NCBI GenBank assembly: GCA_902766125.1
Contig: CACXCG010000039.1
Coordinates: 5,674 to 69,673 of the forward strand
From: an uncultured Spirochaetaceae bacterium
GTDB lineage: Bacteria > Spirochaetota > Spirochaetia > Treponematales > Treponemataceae
Length of the DNA stretch: 64,000 bases
Direction of reading: 5' to 3'
The position numbers and the translations under genes were made by a program. The notes under the pieces were generated by a model that worked only from the letters and a program-made list of their open reading frames with translations, was not told the origin of the DNA and ran no database searches. Positions 34,883 to 43,899 of this stretch are shown here, one piece after another; position 1 is the stretch's first letter, and each line of letters starts with the position of its first letter.

Positions 34883-35952
34883 GCTTTTGTTGCCCTGTTG
34901 CGTAACAGTAAATCGGTAATGGTAATGGCTGCCATTGCTTCTACAACCGGAACAATTCGGGGACACAGACAGACGTCATGTCTTCCTTCGATAAGCAGGT
35001 CGCATTCATTTCCGTTTATATCAACGGTTTGCTGAGTACGGTAAATGCTGGGAACCGGTTTTACGGCACAGCGGAAGAAAATTCTGTCAGCGTTGGTAAT
35101 GCCTCCTAAGATTCCGCCTGAATTATTTGTTTCAAAGGTAACCGCTTTGTCTTTACCTGATCGGATGACATCATTGTTCTGTGAGCCGGTCATATCCGCA
35201 CAGTTGAATCCGCATCCAAACTCAATTCCCTTGATTGCTCCGATGGAAAGCATTGCCTGTGCAAGCAGTGCATCTGCTTTTTCAAAAACAGGTTCTCCCA
35301 ATCCTGCAGGAACACCGTCAATGGTACATGCTACAATGCCGCCGGTAGAATCTCCTTCCTTACGGATTTCGTTTATCTTTTGTTCCATTTGGTCTGCAGC
35401 CTGGGCATCGGGAGCACGCATTGTGTTCTGTTCTATTTGAGCTGCATCAAATGTTGTGCACGAAATGCCTGCTGCCCGTTCAGTGTATGCGGTTATGGAA
35501 ATGCCCTGCTGTTTCAAAAATAATTTTGCAATTGCACCTGCGGCAACTCTGGCGCAAGTTTCGCGACCGCTTGCTCTTCCGCCGCCACGATAGTCCCGTA
35601 TGCCGTATTTTTGTGTGTAGGTAAAGTCTGCGTGTCCGGGTCTAAAGACATCTTTTATATTGCTGTAGTCGCCTGAATGCTGGTTTGTGTTCTGAATAAT
35701 AATTGCAATGGGAGTTCCTGTGGTAACACCTTCGAATACTCCGCTCTGAATAACTGCTTTGTCGGCCTCTGAACGCGCTGTTACCGAAGCTCCCTTTGCA
35801 CCGGGTCTGCGTCGTGCCATTTCATTCTGTAAAAATGTTTCGTCTATGTGAATGCCTGCGGGACAACCGTCAATGACGCAACCAAGTGACTGTCCGTGAC
35901 TTTCGCCGAATGTGGTAACCTTAAAAATCTGACCGAATGTATTTCCTGACAT
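34879..35952 (-). CDS. aroC: Chorismate synthase
   Basis: MSGNTFGQIFKVTTFGESHGQSLGCVIDGCPAG...RPGHADFTY...GGGRASGRET. Confidence 0.92.
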   Translation of the reverse strand: MSGNTFGQIFKVTTFGESHGQSLGCVIDGCPAGIHIDETFLQNEMARRRPGAKGASVTARSEADKAVIQSGVFEGVTTGTPIAIIIQNTNQHSGDYSNIKDVFRPGHADFTYTQKYGIRDYRGGGRASGRETCARVAAGAIAKLFLKQQGISITAYTERAAGISCTTFDAAQIEQNTMRAPDAQAADQMEQKINEIRKEGDSTGGIVACTIDGVPAGLGEPVFEKADALLAQAMLSIGAIKGIEFGCGFNCADMTGSQNNDVIRSGKDKAVTFETNNSGGILGGITNADRIFFRCAVKPVPSIYRTQQTVDINGNECDLLIEGRHDVCLCPRIVPVVEAMAAITITDLLLRNRATKA

Positions 35953-35961
35953 ACCGCCATT

Positions 35962-38637
35962 CTAACGAATTTTATTCATTAATTCCACCCTGCTGTGAAC
36001 ACCCAGTTTCTTGAAAATTTTCTTGTTGTGGGTTGAAACCGTTTGAGCAGAAATGTTGAGGGTGTGGGCAATTTCCTTATCGCTTTTTCCTTCTGCAATC
36101 AGTAATGCAATTTCTTTTTCGCGTGAAGAAAGGCCAAAATCATTTTCGTGGGTTTCCGGTGCTTCGGCTTGTGCTGACGGTACATTCATGGCTGTCTGCA
36201 GGTGTGAAATAACTGACTCGCGTGCCATTTGTGTTGTGTTCATGATTGCATGAATAGTGCTGCTTACTTCGCTTATGTGGAACGGACGGGTAATACAGGC
36301 AGCGGCTCCGCTTTTTAAGATAAAGTTCTTTAAGCGTGCTTCCTGTGCATCAACTAAGACTATGACAGGAATTGTTTTGATAAGCGGATGCGATTTGCAT
36401 TTTTCAAGCAGTAAGTCTCCGTTTAAGAAGGGCAGTTTGTATTCAATAATGATGATATCCGGCGGATTTTCTGTCATGCTCTGTAAGCTGTTCCATGCTT
36501 CTGAACCGTTTGAAACCGAGGTAAAGTTTGCTTCGGACCGCAACAGATTTTCAAACAGGCGTCTGCTTTCGATGTTCTGTTCGGCAAGAAAAATATTCGG
36601 CTTTTGACTGTTCTGATTATCCTGCGATTCAAGCTTTTGTTCAGTCTTCAGAGTTTTGTTCAGACGGGAAATGACATCTTCTTCGCTGCTTGCCGTACGA
36701 ACTGACGGATAGTTTATGTTGTTTCCTTCAGTTTCGTTCAGTTTAAGCGAAAGTGTGTGACGTTTTCCGGAACTGAGCTGTTCTGAGGTAATTGTTCCTT
36801 TGTAAATGTTTGCAGCGGCTTCCAGAAGTTCTGTATTTTGAGTTTTTTGTTCTGTCTGTTCGTTGTTGATAAAGTTTGGTGTATGTATGATACAGTTAAT
36901 GGTATCGTCTGTAGCTGTCAGCTGTACATCAAATGGATATACACGCGGAGAATTTCTGACTACAGAAAGCATGAAGTTTTTGATGATGAACTCAAGGAGT
37001 CCTTCGTTTGCAAATACCAGCTTTGAATTTGATACGCTTGTTTTGAAGGTAAAAACCTGTACTTTGTTTTGATAATAATTGTTAAAGGCATTGGCACAGC
37101 TTTTGAAGAAGGATGCGATTAAAATGGGATGAGCAGGCGGCGTAATATTGTCGCGGACAATTGCAACTGCATTCAGTATGTCTGTTGAGTGAAGTGCGGC
37201 TGATTCTATGAGTACGTGTGTATGCTCTAATACGGCTTTATCCTGAGGTATAGGAAGACGGATTGTGTTCAGAATGACATTGCTCAGATCCAGCAGATCT
37301 CGCGTTACATTGCGGTACAGTGACTGAGAATGAGACAGTGTTTTGTTTTCTGCGTTTATGTGATGAATGTTTTTTGACAGACTGGTTATAAGGTTAAGGC
37401 CAACAGGAATGGTTATCAGAAGGAATACAATATCAAGAACTGCAAAGTTGTCCTGGTCGAACAGCGTGAACGGGAAAAAATCAAAGAATGCGCGCAGGTA
37501 TCTGAACAGCTGGCAGAAAAAAAGTAAAGTTGATGCAATGCACCAGCATACGGCTGTTTTTATAAAGGTTTGTGGTACGGATTTTTTCTGATGAATCAGA
37601 ATATAAATTAATCCGGTACTTGCTGCTGCAGTCATGGTCAGCGAAAACAATGTAAAAATCGTATATACGATAACCGGTGACTGAATGATGATGCAGGCGG
37701 TAAAGAATACCAGCATGATAATTAAAAGAATTGGAATAGATTTGTTTGGAATTGAAAGCGAGGTATGTTCCGCAGAGAATAAATCCAGCCCGATAAAATT
37801 GAGTGTAAAGGCAAGCGCTCCTAAGTAATAGATAAGACGGGGACTGTGAGGAAGCGATGAAAGCGAGTTCCATAAGTATACCGGACCAAATCCTTTTTGC
37901 TGCAGGATAAGCAAAATCAAATTTACTGCACCGCATCCGATTATGATGGCTACCATGCTTTTTGATCTGATTCCGTAGAACAGAATAAAAAGTGCGATTG
38001 CTATGTAAAAACCCAGCAGTAAAAACTGTGCCATAAGCATGTGGTGCGTCTTGTTCAGAAAGTATCTTGAAGGTTCAATGGTTATGTTAACAGGAGATCC
38101 AATGTATGCCTGTGTGCGTATAATAAGATGTTCGTAACCGTCACTGTCGCAGGAAGATCTTGTGTCTTCTGAGTCAAACGGAATGGAAAGCCGCCAGGTC
38201 TGAAGCGTCATCTGTGATTTTAAAATCATGCGTCCTGTTCTTCCTAAGAACTTCCAGTTTCCGTTCTGGTCAGGAATGTACAGTTCTGCAAAGTCAAGCG
38301 GTTCTTCTCCCAGGTGAACAACAAACTCGTTTCCCTGACTGGGTTTGGGCGGTAGAAATGTTACTTCGATGTACAGAATGCCTTTGTAAAAGCCGGGGTT
38401 GAATTTTGACTTTATCGGCTTGAAGGTTTGCTTTGCTACTTCTTCTAACGGCATTTCGGTCGTTTCATCTATAAAGTAACTTACGCTTAGGGGAAGCGGT
38501 GTCTTTTGCTGTGCAGGAATCTTTGCGGGATTAAGATGTTCCTGCGGATTTAAGCCGTACTGCGTGTTCTGCTGGGCATACACAGCTGTCTGTAATGTAA
38601 AAACAAGAAGGCATAATGCCGCTAACTTAAATTTCAT
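35962..38637 (-). CDS. Membrane-bound one-component regulator: 7TMR-DISM extracellular domain, 7 TM, kinase-like region, receiver-like domain, LuxR/GerE HTH
   Basis: The layout is a signal peptide, an ectodomain of about 170 aa, 7 hydrophobic helices, a receiver-like region (PDIIIIEYKLPFLNG...PVIVLVDA...ITRPF), and a C-terminal LSSREKEIALLIAEGKSDKEIAHTLNISAQTVSTHNKKIFKKLGV. The start is at MKFKLAAL (38637). Confidence 0.75.
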   Translation of the reverse strand: MKFKLAALCLLVFTLQTAVYAQQNTQYGLNPQEHLNPAKIPAQQKTPLPLSVSYFIDETTEMPLEEVAKQTFKPIKSKFNPGFYKGILYIEVTFLPPKPSQGNEFVVHLGEEPLDFAELYIPDQNGNWKFLGRTGRMILKSQMTLQTWRLSIPFDSEDTRSSCDSDGYEHLIIRTQAYIGSPVNITIEPSRYFLNKTHHMLMAQFLLLGFYIAIALFILFYGIRSKSMVAIIIGCGAVNLILLILQQKGFGPVYLWNSLSSLPHSPRLIYYLGALAFTLNFIGLDLFSAEHTSLSIPNKSIPILLIIMLVFFTACIIIQSPVIVYTIFTLFSLTMTAAASTGLIYILIHQKKSVPQTFIKTAVCWCIASTLLFFCQLFRYLRAFFDFFPFTLFDQDNFAVLDIVFLLITIPVGLNLITSLSKNIHHINAENKTLSHSQSLYRNVTRDLLDLSNVILNTIRLPIPQDKAVLEHTHVLIESAALHSTDILNAVAIVRDNITPPAHPILIASFFKSCANAFNNYYQNKVQVFTFKTSVSNSKLVFANEGLLEFIIKNFMLSVVRNSPRVYPFDVQLTATDDTINCIIHTPNFINNEQTEQKTQNTELLEAAANIYKGTITSEQLSSGKRHTLSLKLNETEGNNINYPSVRTASSEEDVISRLNKTLKTEQKLESQDNQNSQKPNIFLAEQNIESRRLFENLLRSEANFTSVSNGSEAWNSLQSMTENPPDIIIIEYKLPFLNGDLLLEKCKSHPLIKTIPVIVLVDAQEARLKNFILKSGAAACITRPFHISEVSSTIHAIMNTTQMARESVISHLQTAMNVPSAQAEAPETHENDFGLSSREKEIALLIAEGKSDKEIAHTLNISAQTVSTHNKKIFKKLGVHSRVELMNKIR

Positions 38638-38808
38638 ACTCTCAGTATAACTTAGGTTATAGGGTTTGAAAAGGCAAAAATACCATGTTTTTGGCAAAAA
38701 TATACCTGATTTATGGTATTTTTTAGGGGTTGCGGTAGGGTATAGGGGACTGTATTATTAGTGCATACCCAACGGGAGATGGTATTATATAGATTTTGGA
38801 GAGAGAGA

Positions 38809-38840
38809 AACGGAGTCTGTGGGAGACTCCGTTTTTTATT
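38809..38840 (+). terminator. Orphan Rho-independent terminator with no annotated gene upstream on this strand
   Basis: The stem is AACGGAGTCT / AGACTCCGTT with loop GTGGG, followed by TTTTTTATTTT. It lies upstream of the dapA promoter. Confidence 0.7.
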
Positions 38841-38849
38841 TTGTTTTAA

Positions 38850-38878
38850 TTGAGTTTTATATAGAAAAGTGGTATACT
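38850..38878 (+). promoter_or_regulatory. Promoter: TTGAGT, N17, TATACT for dapA-asd
   Basis: Hexamers at 38850-38855 and 38873-38878. The AGGAG SD is at 38891 and the ATG at 38902. Confidence 0.55.
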
Positions 38879-38901
38879 GTCCTCATTACGAGGAGCTATT
38901 T

Positions 38902-39807
38902 ATGATTAGTTTACATGGTGCGTATACCGCAATGATTACCCCGATGAATTCAGACGGATCTGTCGATTATGACGGATTTAAGAAGAATGTTCTCTTTCAG
39001 CTGGAACAGGGAATTGACGGACTTTTGCCTCTTGGCACAAGCGGTGAAACTCCCACACTGACTGAAGAGGAAGAAGAAAAACTCATTGACATTGTAATGC
39101 CGCTCGTAAAAGAATGGAACACAGCTCACAAAACTGACGTCAAAGTTATTATCGGTGCCGGTTCTAACTGTACGAGTGATGCAGTCCGCTATGTTGAACG
39201 CGCAAAGCAGAAGGGGGCAGATTACGCACTGGTGGTAACTCCGTATTACAATAAACCGAGTGATGAAGGTATTTATCAGCACTTTAAGGCAGTCAGCGCT
39301 GTAGGTATTCCCATTATCGTATACAACATTGCCGGACGTACCGGTAAGAATATACCGACTGCTCTGCTTGAACGCATTGCTGATCTTCCCAACATTGCAG
39401 GTGTAAAGGAAGCAAGCGGTAACATCAATCAGATGATGGAAGTAATTGAAAAAGTTCAGTCTAAGCATCCTGATTTTTCTGTGATGAGCGGTGACGACGG
39501 ACTTACACTTCCGCTTATGGCTGCAGGCGGTAACGGAATTATTTCTGTGGTAACAAATCTTATTCCCGCACTTATGACCGAACTGGTACACGACTGTGAG
39601 AAAGGAGATTTCGCTGCAGCACGCAAGATTCACTATCGTTTACAGCCGTTCTTCAGGGCAGCATTCTGTGACGGAAATCCGTCTTGCATCAAGTATGCAA
39701 TGAATGTTAAGGGGCTGCCTGCTGGTTCTGTACGCTTACCGCTGGTTGAACCTAAGCCGGAAGCACAGGAAATAATCAAGAAGGCAATCAAGGATTGCAA
39801 CCTGTAA
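38902..39807 (+). CDS. dapA: 4-hydroxy-tetrahydrodipicolinate synthase
   Basis: GAYTAMITPM...DGLLPLGTSGE...VIIGAGSN...VVTPYYNKP...GVKEASGN contains the active-site Lys motif. Confidence 0.92.
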   Translation: MISLHGAYTAMITPMNSDGSVDYDGFKKNVLFQLEQGIDGLLPLGTSGETPTLTEEEEEKLIDIVMPLVKEWNTAHKTDVKVIIGAGSNCTSDAVRYVERAKQKGADYALVVTPYYNKPSDEGIYQHFKAVSAVGIPIIVYNIAGRTGKNIPTALLERIADLPNIAGVKEASGNINQMMEVIEKVQSKHPDFSVMSGDDGLTLPLMAAGGNGIISVVTNLIPALMTELVHDCEKGDFAAARKIHYRLQPFFRAAFCDGNPSCIKYAMNVKGLPAGSVRLPLVEPKPEAQEIIKKAIKDCNL

Positions 39808-39838
39808 GTTTGTGACTTACTGTTTAAGGAGTTCTATT

Positions 39839-40939
39839 ATGGAAAAGATAAGAGTTGGTGTTTTGGGCGCAACGGGAATGGTTGGACAGCGATATATCAA
39901 GCTTATGGAAAATCATCCGTGGTTTGAAGTAACTTATGTTGCAGCATCTCCGCGCAGTGCCGGAAAAAAATATCGTGATGCAGTTGCAAACCGCTGGCTT
40001 ATTGGTGCAGACATTCCTGCTAACGTTGCAGACCTTGTTGTTCAGGATGCAAACGATGCAAAACTTGCGCTGGGTAAGTGTAAGTTTGTGTTCAGTGCTC
40101 TTGAAATGGGTAAGGATGAAATTAAAGCTCTGGAAGAAGCATACGCTGCAGAAGGAATCCCGGTTGTTTCAAACGCAAGTGCTAACCGCTGGACAAGCGA
40201 CGTTCCCATGCTGGTTCCCGAAATTAACTACAGTCACCTGGATATCATCAAAAAGCAGCAGGAACATCACGGCTGGAAAAAAGGCTTTATTGCAGTAAAA
40301 CCAAACTGCTCTCTGCAGACATACATGATGCCACTTCATGCCCTGATTATGGCAGGCTATCCGGTTAAGCGCATGATTGTAACCACACTGCAGGCAACCA
40401 GTGGTGCAGGATATCCCGGTGTTGCAAGCTTTGACATGATTGACAACATTGTTCCCTTTATTGGTGGAGAAGAAGAAAAGACAGAAAAAGAATGTCTGAA
40501 GATTTTAGGAACTGTTGACGGCGACAGCATTAAAAATGCAGCTCTCCCGCAGGTTAGTTCTACCTGTACCCGTGTTCCTGTTGTTGACGGTCATACTGCC
40601 TGTGTCAGCCTTGAGTTTGATCTTCCTGATGATAAAAAACCGTCACTCGAAGAGATTGAACGTGTATGGACCAGTTACACAAGTGTTCCTCAGCAGCTGA
40701 ATCTTCCTTCTGCGCCCGAGCATCCGATTGTTGTTCGCCATGAAGAAAACCGTCCGCAGCCCCGCCGTGACCGCGAAACCGAAAAAGGTATGGCATGTGT
40801 CATTGGTCGCCTGCGTAAGTGCAATGTCTTTGACGTAAAGTTTGTTGCACTCAGCCACAATACAAAACGTGGTGCAGCATTGGGCGGTATTCTGAATGCA
40901 GAACTGCTTAAGGCAAAAGGATTTTTTGACAATCTGTAG
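39839..40939 (+). CDS. asd: Aspartate-semialdehyde dehydrogenase
   Basis: IRVGVLGATGMVGQRY...KPNCSLQ (catalytic Cys)...SHNTKRGAA. An AAGGAG SD precedes the ATG at 39839. Confidence 0.9.
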   Translation: MEKIRVGVLGATGMVGQRYIKLMENHPWFEVTYVAASPRSAGKKYRDAVANRWLIGADIPANVADLVVQDANDAKLALGKCKFVFSALEMGKDEIKALEEAYAAEGIPVVSNASANRWTSDVPMLVPEINYSHLDIIKKQQEHHGWKKGFIAVKPNCSLQTYMMPLHALIMAGYPVKRMIVTTLQATSGAGYPGVASFDMIDNIVPFIGGEEEKTEKECLKILGTVDGDSIKNAALPQVSSTCTRVPVVDGHTACVSLEFDLPDDKKPSLEEIERVWTSYTSVPQQLNLPSAPEHPIVVRHEENRPQPRRDRETEKGMACVIGRLRKCNVFDVKFVALSHNTKRGAALGGILNAELLKAKGFFDNL

Positions 40940-40958
40940 TAAGTACATATGACGGTAA

Positions 40959-40997
40959 AGACGCGGATGCTTTTAAAAGTGTCTGCGTCTTTTTTTT
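40959..40997 (+). terminator. Rho-independent terminator after asd
   Basis: The stem is AGACGCGGA / TCTGCGTCT (one G-U pair), followed by a T8 run. Confidence 0.7.
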
Positions 40998-41020
40998 GTC
41001 AGTTTTAACTGGAGGAAAGC

Positions 41021-42997
41021 ATGAAGAATGCAAAATGGTTAGTGTTGTGTGTATGCGCTGCAGTGTTTGCCTCGTGTGGCGGAAAAATGCAGTCTGCAGA
41101 CCGTGTGTCTGAATCAGCAAAAGCTCAGATTGCGGTGGCACCCATTGACGGTTTAAGTGAGGATTTTATTCGCGGTGTTGATATCAGCATGGTGTATGAA
41201 ATTGAAAAAAACGGCGGCGTGTATTATGACGAAAACGGAAAAAGTGCAGATGTCTTTCAGATTTTGAAAAGTCAGGGAGTAAACTGGGTCAGGCTTCGTC
41301 TGTGGAATAATCCGGTAAACGATTACAATGTTGTTGAAAACGGAACTGTCATCAGCAAAAAAGGAGATCCTGTTGGCGGCGGAAACAACAGTGTTGATGT
41401 TGATATTGCCCTTGCTAAGCGCGCAAAAAAAGCAGGATTAAAACTGCTGCTTGATTTTCACTACAGCGATTTCTGGGCGGATCCTGAAAAACAGAAAAAA
41501 CCTAACGAGTGGAAAAATCTTTCCGGAACAGAATTGTGTGACGCAGTTGAATCGTATACGAGTGAAGTTCTGCAGAAATTTAAAAGTGCCGGTGTACAGC
41601 CCGACATGGTTCAGATTGGAAACGAAACAAATAACGGCATGCTGTGGCCCGACGGAAAAATCAATCCGGTTACCAAAACAGATGTCGATATTGGCGGCAT
41701 GAGCGGATTTATTTCTCTGCTTAAAGCAGCATCCCGTGGAGTACGCAAAGCAGGCAAGTGGGGAACCGACATTAAAATCATCATTCATCTTGCAGACGGC
41801 GGAAAGAATGCGCTGTACCGTACTATCTTTGATGCAGTTACTGAAGCACAGGTTGATTTTGATATCATAGGACTTTCGTTTTATCCGTACTGGCATGGTT
41901 CGTTTGATGACCTTACTGCTAACATGAACGATCTTTGCTCCCGTTACGGAAAGGATATGGTTGTGGTAGAAAACGCCTACGCGTATACCTGGGATGCAGG
42001 AGATGACACGGCTAACATGTTCTCGCTGTATTCTGATGAAGCACATGGCTACATTCCCTCGGTACAGGGTCAGGCAACTGAAGTGCGTGACTGTATGCAG
42101 GCTGTTTCTTCTGTTGACGGCGGACTTGGAATTTTCTACTGGGAGCCCGCATGGATTCCTGTTGAAGGAGCAGGCTGGAGAAGCGGCGAAGGTAACGCGT
42201 GGGACAATCAGGCTATGTTTGATTTTTACGGAAACGTACTTCCTTCTCTTTCTGTCTTTAATCTTGTGTATGGAAAAGGCGAAGTACAGAATGTGTGGGG
42301 AGGCTCTGCTTCTTCTGCAACTTTGTTTGAACCCTGCAAGGCTTCCGAGAGTGTAAAACTTACCGTTATGCCCGGACAGATTCCACCGTTACCCGAAAAA
42401 GCAAAGGTTGTGTTTACCGACGATTCAGAACGACTTGTTCCCGTAACCTGGGAGACGCACGACTGGAAATCAGAAAAAGAAGATAAAATTGTTACCGTGT
42501 CAGGAACTACACAGGAAGGTTTCCGTGTTACCTGTGAAGTTGAACTTTCAAGCATTGTCAATCTTTTAAAAGATCCGTCGTTTGAAAGCGGCACACTTGA
42601 TGAATGGAATCTTGACGGCTCACCGGTGCTGTTCTATGCGTGTGAAGATAAAGGTAATGCACACTCGGGAACCTGGGCCTATCACTACTGGGATAACGGA
42701 GCATTCAGCGGAACACTCAGCAAAACCTTTACCGGCTTACAGAACGGAACCTATATCTTTAGCGCGTGGTCAGAAGGCGGCGGCGGTGAAAATGCACTGT
42801 ATCTGTTTGCAGAAGATTACGGTTCAGACAAAACACTTACCGTCGATGTTGTGGATACCGGCTGGCAGATCTGGAAAAAGTACTCGCTTGAAATCCCGGT
42901 AACTAACGGTCAGGTAACTGTCGGTTTTTATGTAGACGGAATTGCCGGTAACTGGGGCAACTTTGACGATGTAATGCTGTATTACAAGTTACAGTAA
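41021..42997 (+). CDS. GH53 arabinogalactan endo-beta-1,4-galactanase lipoprotein with a C-terminal carbohydrate-binding-like domain
   Basis: The lipobox is VFASCGG. GVDISMVYEIEKNGGVYYDENGK...GVNWVRLRLWNNP...VQIGNETNNG...ENAYAY is the GH53 pattern. The C-terminal DPSFESGTLDEWNL is the start of a CBM-like beta-sandwich. Confidence 0.8.
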   Translation: MKNAKWLVLCVCAAVFASCGGKMQSADRVSESAKAQIAVAPIDGLSEDFIRGVDISMVYEIEKNGGVYYDENGKSADVFQILKSQGVNWVRLRLWNNPVNDYNVVENGTVISKKGDPVGGGNNSVDVDIALAKRAKKAGLKLLLDFHYSDFWADPEKQKKPNEWKNLSGTELCDAVESYTSEVLQKFKSAGVQPDMVQIGNETNNGMLWPDGKINPVTKTDVDIGGMSGFISLLKAASRGVRKAGKWGTDIKIIIHLADGGKNALYRTIFDAVTEAQVDFDIIGLSFYPYWHGSFDDLTANMNDLCSRYGKDMVVVENAYAYTWDAGDDTANMFSLYSDEAHGYIPSVQGQATEVRDCMQAVSSVDGGLGIFYWEPAWIPVEGAGWRSGEGNAWDNQAMFDFYGNVLPSLSVFNLVYGKGEVQNVWGGSASSATLFEPCKASESVKLTVMPGQIPPLPEKAKVVFTDDSERLVPVTWETHDWKSEKEDKIVTVSGTTQEGFRVTCEVELSSIVNLLKDPSFESGTLDEWNLDGSPVLFYACEDKGNAHSGTWAYHYWDNGAFSGTLSKTFTGLQNGTYIFSAWSEGGGGENALYLFAEDYGSDKTLTVDVVDTGWQIWKKYSLEIPVTNGQVTVGFYVDGIAGNWGNFDDVMLYYKLQ

Positions 42998-43002
42998 TCC
43001 TC

Positions 43003-43431
43003 TTACGCAGTAAACCAGTCCTCTACCCTCAAAAATGCACTCTTTTTCATAGGGGCAAAATCTGCGGTATTGTGTGTTACTAAAATCATGCCGTTTGAAA
43101 TTGCTGTAGCTGCAATCTGCGAATCATAGAGGGGAAGGGGACTTCCGTTTTGTTCAGCAAGTGCCTGCATTTCTCCGCAAATCTGAGCAGCAAAGGAATC
43201 GTAAGAAATGATTTCTATTGTCTTCTTGTAATTCAAAAGACATTTTTCCAGATATTGTTTTCTTCTTCCTTCCTGCATTCGGGATACACCACGAGTAAGT
43301 TCCTGCCAGGTTACCGCAGACATTGCACACAGATTTTTTCTCATCTCGTAGAGTTCCTGTACTGTTTTATTTGGTTTCTGCTTTGAAAATTCAGAAACAA
43401 TGTTTGTATCAAGTAAATATGTCTTCTTCAT
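43003..43431 (-). CDS. vapC: Type II toxin VapC (PIN-domain ribonuclease)
   Basis: MKKTYLLDTNIVSEF...SQIAATAISNGMILVTHNTADF contains the PIN acidic residues. It follows a Phd/YefM gene after a 9-nt gap. Confidence 0.85.
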   Translation of the reverse strand: MKKTYLLDTNIVSEFSKQKPNKTVQELYEMRKNLCAMSAVTWQELTRGVSRMQEGRRKQYLEKCLLNYKKTIEIISYDSFAAQICGEMQALAEQNGSPLPLYDSQIAATAISNGMILVTHNTADFAPMKKSAFLRVEDWFTA

Positions 43432-43440
43432 GGTTTTCTC

Positions 43441-43716
43441 CTAAGCCCACGGGTCTTTTGAGTAATCCGGACATTCACGCGACGGCGTAATATCAAATCC
43501 TACATCATCTAAAACATCAGCATATTCCGCTTTCAGTTTCTCAAGCGAATCCAGGAGGGATGGTTGTTCCTGTTCTGTTTTTTCATATTCTGCATAGCTG
43601 ATGATGACGGCAACCGGTTTGTCATAACGGGTAAGCGCTATAACTTCGCCTTCTTCTGCGGATTTGACGAGTGCTGAAAAATTGTTCCGTGCTTCATAAA
43701 TTGACGTTCTGCACAT
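43441..43716 (-). CDS. Type II antitoxin, Phd/YefM family
   Basis: SIYEARNNFSALVKSAEEGEVIALTRYDKPVAVIISYAEYE. A GGAGG SD lies 5 nt before the ATG at 43716. Confidence 0.8.
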   Translation of the reverse strand: MCRTSIYEARNNFSALVKSAEEGEVIALTRYDKPVAVIISYAEYEKTEQEQPSLLDSLEKLKAEYADVLDDVGFDITPSRECPDYSKDPWA

Positions 43717-43746
43717 ACGCACCTCCAGAAAGAGAGTTCATCACTA

Positions 43747-43775
43747 AATATAATACACGGGGAAAGTATAGTCAA
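43747..43775 (-). promoter_or_regulatory. Promoter: TTGACT, N17, TATATT for the TA pair
   Basis: Read on the minus strand, with the -35 at 43770-43775 and the -10 at 43747-43752. Confidence 0.5.
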
Positions 43776-43899
43776 CTTTAAAAATGTTGGCTAGGATACG
43801 CTGCCGGTAACCGGGGTAACTTTTACGATGTACGATTGTATTATATAGAGAGAGTAAGCAAAATTTGACATTTTTGACTTTCGGAGGTACACTGTTACT

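Noticed and set aside
38698-38901. Lysine riboswitch (L-box) upstream of dapA-asd
   Set aside because: This is the expected place for one, but I could not find the conserved L-box core motifs. The element is too short (about 110 nt versus about 180 nt). The terminator hairpin lies upstream of, not downstream of, the best dapA promoter. An Rfam scan would settle it.
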